A stretch of 63,428 nt of DNA, the filler included, from Cercozoa sp. M6MM (taxonomy: Eukaryota; Protista; Endomyxa: Ascetosporea): NCBI GenBank assembly GCA_040357565.1. It is 11 parts of 11 records of this genome, joined end to end, with 100 filler letters (N's around TTAATTAATTAA, not from the genome) between each part and the next. Parts side by side here need not be neighbours in the genome. Positions count along the whole stretch, not along the records: positions 59,824 to 63,428 come from JBDODJ010001384.1; 10 more parts are not named here. The stretch is one strand, 5' to 3'. The notes beneath the pieces are model-generated. The model searched no databases, was not told the DNA's origin, and saw only the letters and a list, made by a program, of their open reading frames with translations. This document shows, piece after piece, positions 60,257 to 63,428 of the stretch (the stretch's first letter is position 1; every line of letters starts with the position of its first letter). The position numbers and the translations under genes were made by a program.

Positions 60257-62301
60257 TTAGTGTGCGCCAGGCATCATCTTCTGTTCCTGCTCGACAGCAA
60301 CCTGCGCAGCTGGCGCACTGGCAGCGTGCCACTGGAAGCCGTCCCACACCATACCGGCGGCCTGTTGCTGCTCAAATACAGGGGAGTAAAGTAACAGGGT
60401 GCGCGGGGGGTTAAACGTACCGGCGTCGGACCAGCACCAGTTCGCAGGGCACTACGGGGGGGGGTAAAGGGGGTAAAAGGGGGTAAGAGGAAGGGTAACT
60501 GTACCGCTTGAGCGGCGGCGAGCGCGAGCGACTGGTGCGTTGCGGTCGGCGGCCGTGCTTCTCCTCGAGCTGATCGACGTGCGCGCGAACGTAGCGCATG
60601 ATCTCGCGCCGACTAGCCGGCGGTCGGATCACCTTCTCCTCCAACACCACTACGGAGGGCAAAGGGATAAGGGGGTAAGGGGACGAGGGGTGAGGGTAGG
60701 GGAGTCAGGGGTCAGGGGGTCAGGGTGGAGGCATGGGTGAAGTACCGCCCTCGGTTGCGCCGTACATGGTGGCAGCATTGGTGCCGCGATTGATGCCCAT
60801 GGCCTGTGTACAAAGTCGAGTCCATTTGTACTCTTTTAACTTAAGGTTGCGTACCTGCAGTTGCTGCTGCACGCGTTCCGGCTTGACGATCGGCTGCATG
60901 GCGCGGCCCACCTTGATCGGCATGTGTCCGAACAGTCGGCCTGTACATACATGGGTACACAGTCCAAATGGACAGTCCATATGGACATGATGGACGTGGT
61001 TCAGATGGACACACAGAACGGTACAAACGGACCACTGAGCTGATGCGAGTCGTTGGCGGCTTTTGAATCGGCGAATTCCACGAACGCGTAGCGACTGTTG
61101 GCACCCGGCTGCGCATGCTCATTTTTAGTTAAGGGGGTGCCACACCGGTATAGTTAAGGGACAGGATGGTTAAAGGGCAGGATGGTTTAAAAGGGCAGGA
61201 TGAGAAAAACGGCAGAGTACGGCAGCATGAGAGAACTTGACGTAGACGACTTTGCCGACGGATGAAAGGAACTGCGGGAGGGTGGAGGGGTAAGGGGGGG
61301 GGGGGTAAAAGGAGTAAGGGCGGAAAAGCCTACCTGCTTGAGGTGTTCCTCGGTGATGGACGGATTGAGATTGCCGACATAAACCGTGCGCGACACTTCC
61401 TCCTTCTCCGACCCCCCCCCCCCCCCCCCCCCCCCCGCCCCCCCCCAAAAGGGTAAGAGAAGGATGGGATAGGGTCTACCGGTCCAGTGATCGTCGTTGG
61501 CAGGTTGGCCATCGACTTCTGATCGATCTGCACAGACCGCACATTTAAGAATACACACTTCTCTTTAAAGGTGCGACAATACGCCGGGTTCACTGGGCGT
61601 GCTCTTGTACTCCTTCTCTGTCTGCACATGGGGTAAGGGGGGTAAAGGAAGGGGGAAGGGGGTAAGAAAGGGGGTAAAGGAAGGGGTAAGGGGTAAGAAA
61701 GGGGGTAAGAAAGGGGGTAAGAAAAGTAAACTGTCCTACCTGTGCCCGAATCAAGCGAGTGCCGAAGTTCATGTTATTCAGTGCCAGCACGGCCAGTTGG
61801 GCCTGTTAAAAAACGGGGGGAAGGGGTAAAGGGTAAAGAAGTAAAGGGTAAAGAAGTAAAGGGGTAAAAAGAGGGTAAGAATAAGGAGTATCGGGTGGTA
61901 CAGCCTGTGAGTTATCGAACTGCACGACACATTGACCTGCCACAAACACAACATGACATGGGGGAGGAGTAAAGGGGTACAGCATTAAAAAGCCTACGCG
62001 TCTGGTCACTCTCGGGGAAGAAGTGAACGTTCAAAACAGCGCCTGCTTCTTGCAGCACCTGAACAAAAAAGGCAAGGTAAAGTCGCCCAACAACTGCAAG
62101 CTGCGAGACACAAGAAGCAGCACACCTTGCGGAACTCATCCTCGGGCAGTGTGATGTCAATGTTCGACACATAGACGGTGCAGTCCTCCTTGCTAGTGTT
62201 GGCACCGTGCACCACTGCGCCAAACAATCAGTACCAGTGTGCTTTGAGACACAACGAGAGATACAAAACACAAAAAATATTCATTCTGTACCGACAGACA
62301 T
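60257..62301 (-). CDS. Two-RRM, RS-containing splicing factor (SREK1/SRSF11-like)
   Basis: TVYVSNID, RTVYVGNLNPSITEEHLKQF, RYAFVEF, IKVGRAMQPIVKP, SRSRSPP, GMVWDGFQW. Confidence 0.8.
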
Positions 62302-62521
62302 GGTGACGCTTTTTGTATGCTCTTACTGTAACAATGTCACACGCACTGTCCGTACCAGTTCCAGCCACCGTAGCTCGCGACCCAGTAAGAAATTACGGTA
62401 CAAATTGGGCGGTACAGTATTGTTCTCTAGCCACCAGCGCTCACCAAGAATCAAGATCCGATCGGGTGCTGTAAGAGCTCGTCCGTGTGTGTGCACGTGT
62501 GTTGGTTCTATTTTGGTCAGC

Positions 62522-63403
62522 ATGGGACCTAAAAAAGAGCGCGAGGAGCCTGCTTCGCTGAGCTCGTTCTTCGTGTTCAATCCGACCTTGGTACTGATGC
62601 AGTTCAGTCTTTGCTTTCTGTGCCTCGGTGGTTTTCTTGAGAGTTGGCACGCAGGGCGACGATGAACTTCGACAGCACGAGAAAATCCTGTTTTTTGCGC
62701 CGGAAAGTGTCCCGGCCAATGAGCAAGACACAGTGCGAAGGTAGGTGTATTGATAGGGTGGGCTTGGTTGGTACCCCTAAGGAATCTGGTGGTCCAGAGT
62801 GGCGGACGGTTTGTACCAGTGGTCACAGTCACTGTCGGAGCGACCGTTCGAGTCGCTGCGCTGCGTGGAGCGAACGCTGGTGTGCATGCGACGCGAGTCG
62901 CACTTCTACTGGTGCATTGTGATTCGGCATCCTCGCACAGTCAGTGTGGCTACAGGGGTACTCTATCTCTCTTAAGTTAGGTCAAATTAAGGCTGCGGTG
63001 TGACTTAAGGGTGAGTGTAGGAGGTACTGCGGTGGCACTCGTTCCAGGTGGACGACTCAGTGCTGCTAAATCTCCTGAGTCGGTGCTACGACACCTTCCG
63101 ACTCTTCAATGGTACCTTTACTGGACTGGACTGAACGGAACTGGACTGGACTGGACTGGACTGGACTGGACTGGACTGGACAGGTGCCATGCAGCACATG
63201 GACCTGAGTGACCTGAGCGACACGGAGAACAAGGCCGTCGATGCCGGCGCAGCTGTCAACTGCCGGCGCGCCCTGTCGCTGCTGCTGCACTACCTGCTGC
63301 CGACACTCAAGGTGGCCCAGTTGCCGCGCTTCCTGCCTCTCACCGGCCTGCAGTTCTTCCCGGTGCAGCGCACGGTTTTCCTGACGCTGCATTACGTTGC
63401 CAG
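62522..63403 (+). CDS. CCZ1: CCZ1 (Mon1-Ccz1 Rab7 GEF subunit), 3' truncated
   Basis: LSSFFVFNPTLG..E...EKILFFAP longin N-terminus; GLQFFPVQRTVFL. Confidence 0.82.
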
Positions 63404-63428
63404 TGTAGCCCACCTTTACCCCCCCCCC

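Overview
Eukaryotic (protist-like), gene-dense, intron-rich DNA. It is not one locus: 11 contigs are joined by an artificial 100-nt linker (N44-TTAATTAATTAA-N44), so gene neighbourhoods only count within a contig. Most introns are GT-AG and about 45-90 nt, so the supplied ORF track mostly shows fragments or antisense shadows; all gene models below were spliced and translated by hand and coordinates are approximate. Recognisable genes: CE4/NodB deacetylase C-terminus, multi-BRCT (TOPBP1-like), SCAMP, EFHB/CFAP21-like, Pho88/SND3, broken sigma-like GST, secreted DUF2891, Rab11, selenoprotein H (in-frame UGA plus SECIS), THG1, MOB, exportin-5-like, CC2D2A/MKS6-like, formate/nitrite transporter, SENP8, XRN, SLC25 carrier, RidA, SREK1/SRSF11-like RRM protein and CCZ1. 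Most striking: (1) a ~44-exon gene encoding an N-terminal capping-protein-interaction (CPI)-like motif, a ~575-aa E/R/A/K helix built from ~38 phase-0 micro-exons and a C-terminal CaaX box, i.e. a candidate length-tunable membrane-to-actin tether; (2) SELENOH with a GUGA-type SECIS; (3) a divergent DXO/Rai1-like nuclease fused to CCCH zinc fingers; (4) an intron-containing, signal-peptide-bearing DUF2891 gene. Family calls come from recalled motifs, not database searches.
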